Below, piece by piece: positions 60,361-64,000 of a stretch of 64,000 nt of DNA (its first letter is position 1; every line of letters begins with the position of its first letter). Under the pieces are notes generated by a model. It was given only the letters and a program-made list of their open reading frames with translations, was not told the DNA's origin and made no database searches. Origin of the DNA: the human T2T-CHM13v2.0 reference genome, Homo sapiens; assembly GCF_009914755.1 (NCBI RefSeq), contig NC_060945.1. One strand, written 5' to 3'. The translations under genes and the position numbers were made by a program.

Positions 60361-60920
60361 TGATGGTTCATTCATCGGAAAGCAGTGAGCAGCACTGGCA
60401 TGGCCTTTGGTTTTATCATCCAATTTTTTAGTGAAAAAATGGTTTTTAATCTGATCTATTTTGAGCCCATTTTAGTTTCATTGAAAGCCAATTTGCATTT
60501 GAACACTTGATCTTGCTAGAGTGAAGCATACTCTAAGATTGACCTGATTTACTCATAATACACAAAAATCAGTAAGTCCTGAGACTTTGTATTATTTCTG
60601 TTTCATCCGTGGCATTCATTCTGCTTTCTAACTAACTTATCATAAGTATCTTTTGGTTGTCTGCCAGTCAGTAGGCCAGGGGATCTGGAAATATTCTTCG
60701 GGTTGCCATTCTTGATGTTCCAGCACCCAGAGGCAAATGGACACTGATGTGCTTGACAAGAGCCTCCTTTTGTAACCCTATCAGTAATTGCCCTTCCTAT
60801 GTGACCCAACGGGGGTTTAGGTAGGATGTGGGCTGCAGCGCTAACTCTGATATCTCCTTGGTGGGTTGGGGAGCCTACCATTGCCACTTCATTCTAATTC
60901 ATGCCCCTGGTTTTTCCATA

Positions 60921-62252
<1,332 letters not shown>

Positions 62253-64000
62253 TATTTGCTTTTGGCCTTCTTTGCCTTGCCTCCAATTGAAAATTTGGAT
62301 AATGACCTTGTCTTTCATGACTAGTTGACAGCAGGTATTGTGGACAACTCCCAGTGACTCAGTCCATCCTGATTAATTTAGACTTTGTTAACAATGGAAC
62401 TGTGTAGGACTGGACTTGAGTTTATTCTCCATACTTTGGATTTGATGTTTTTTTTCATCCTCAGGGAGCCAGTTATCCTTCTGTGAGTATCTCTCAACTT
62501 CACTTACTTTGGTGCGATCTAGGCCCTTCATCCAGGCTTCATCTCTTCAAAAGAGTTCCCAGCATGTTTTCCTGCTTATGAGTTATTCCAGTCACAAATT
62601 CATCCAGCCGTCTCCTATAGAAACAGGTGTTCATAAAAATCAAATGCAGAGAGATGTCAAAGATAGAATACATTAAAAGAATATAAACTTACAGCTTATT
62701 TTCAGAAGATTTACCTTAATGGGATGTTAAGCTTTGTTTAGGTATTTAAATAACTGGAGTAAAATTCAATGTTATGCAGACATTTATCATAAGAATATCA
62801 ATAATCAAATTAAGTCCCTGAATAATAAGAGCTACATGCTCTTATTAAGTTAAATTATGGTCACTCATTCAATCTGTTTCCCCTCACCAACATGAAAATG
62901 GGCTTTTCCTGTTTCATAGAAAACTGAACAATTTATTTCAGTCATTGATGGAGTAGGTCAGTGTTTATCTTCATGAGTTGATATTAAATATTCTCTAACT
63001 ATAAAAATTATTAGTGCTACTGTAGCAAAGAAGCATTCCAAGATAAAGAGAGGGAAAATCCCATAGCCAAATTGGAGTTAAAGTAGTAGGATACAGATAG
63101 TATCATGTGCCCAAAGTCAAGATATTCATTCATTCTGTGGATGCATCATATGAAAAAAGTCCAGGAAGGTAGTCCTGAAAGTTAGGGTCTTAGCCAAGGG
63201 GCAACCATGTTTCTTTTGTTTCTGACATTATATACATATAAGAGCACCTTTGGGTGAATATTTCACTATAATAAGTGTAATAATTATTAATTCTCAAGAC
63301 TGATTACAATGCAAGTATCATATTGAATCATTGTATGAATATAAAATATTTAAACCAAATAAAATATATTAGTCATACATTTAAAAATGTTAATCAAATG
63401 TATTTGCCTAGATTCTTTCAAATTGGAAAATTTTTATAATTAATAAACCACTTTAAGAATTGTAAAATACTGAAGCAGATGCTCATCACTCACTGTGGGT
63501 CCTGTCTGTGGAATGAAATGCAGTTCTTTCTGCTTTATTCCTGTTGGTGGTTTGTTTAGCTTTCTTCAAGAGGGAGACATAAAAAATAAGTGAACCACTG
63601 ACATATTGGAGTTACGACAGTTGCCTGTTTTGACCTTGACTTCCACTATAATATTAGGTAATTAGACTAAGAGGAGTCTTTTAAAATAACATACATCAAG
63701 CAACATGTGACTTGATATTGACAGGAAATGTTATCTCTTGTACCTATGAATAGGAAGTTATTTATAAGGAATAGGGTAAAAGGAGTCTTCATGTCCCCAA
63801 ACATCCTTCTGCAGTAGCCAACCATGGGATCTGAGATGCCGCTGTTGTAGATGCTTTCCCTGGGTGCTGATTTCACAGGTCTTGGTAACACCATGAAATG
63901 AAATAGCACCAAGGTTTAACTTGGAGGCACAGGTATTTCCAAATACCGGGAACTCAGAAATCTCATCTTATACTTTCTGTTATTCCTTATAACACCTAAC

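Noticed and set aside
60603-60887. 94-aa ORF in unique sequence
   Set aside because: Non-ATG start, no recognisable homology and no convincing splice sites.
63667-63912. 81-aa ORF near the window end
   Set aside because: No recognisable domain or supported exon boundaries.

Overview
This is repeat-dense primate genomic DNA, most likely human, since it carries AluY, L1PA2/3-type, THE1 and Tigger elements. I see no intact protein-coding gene. The ORFs I could assign are L1 ORF2 remnants or Alu/LTR read-through; the rest look like chance frames. Most of the window is interspersed repeat. It includes an almost full-length old L1MA (14298-23780) with five nested insertions, several truncated L1PA copies, about 15 Alus, MaLR/ERVL solo LTRs, L2/MIR relics and Tigger/MER DNA transposons. 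Four observations stand out. (1) A ~580 bp 5'-truncated retrocopy of the distal SIRT1 3'UTR (26433-27015) still carries the miR-34a, miR-217 and miR-132/212 seed matches. (2) A chimeric insertion inside a Tigger3a (47199-47536) joins a T-tract, a ~290 bp copy of unique DNA from 720 bp upstream, a second T-tract and an Alu 3' tip; it looks like local RNA-templated insertion with a template switch. (3) There are two twin-primed (5'-inverted) L1s, a likely L1 3' transduction and a likely L1-insertion-mediated deletion. (4) A hairpin-perfecting and microduplication scar lies in a THE1 LTR. Subfamily names and the SIRT1 identity come from my memory of consensus and mRNA sequences, not from a database search. 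I cannot support a novel multi-gene system here.
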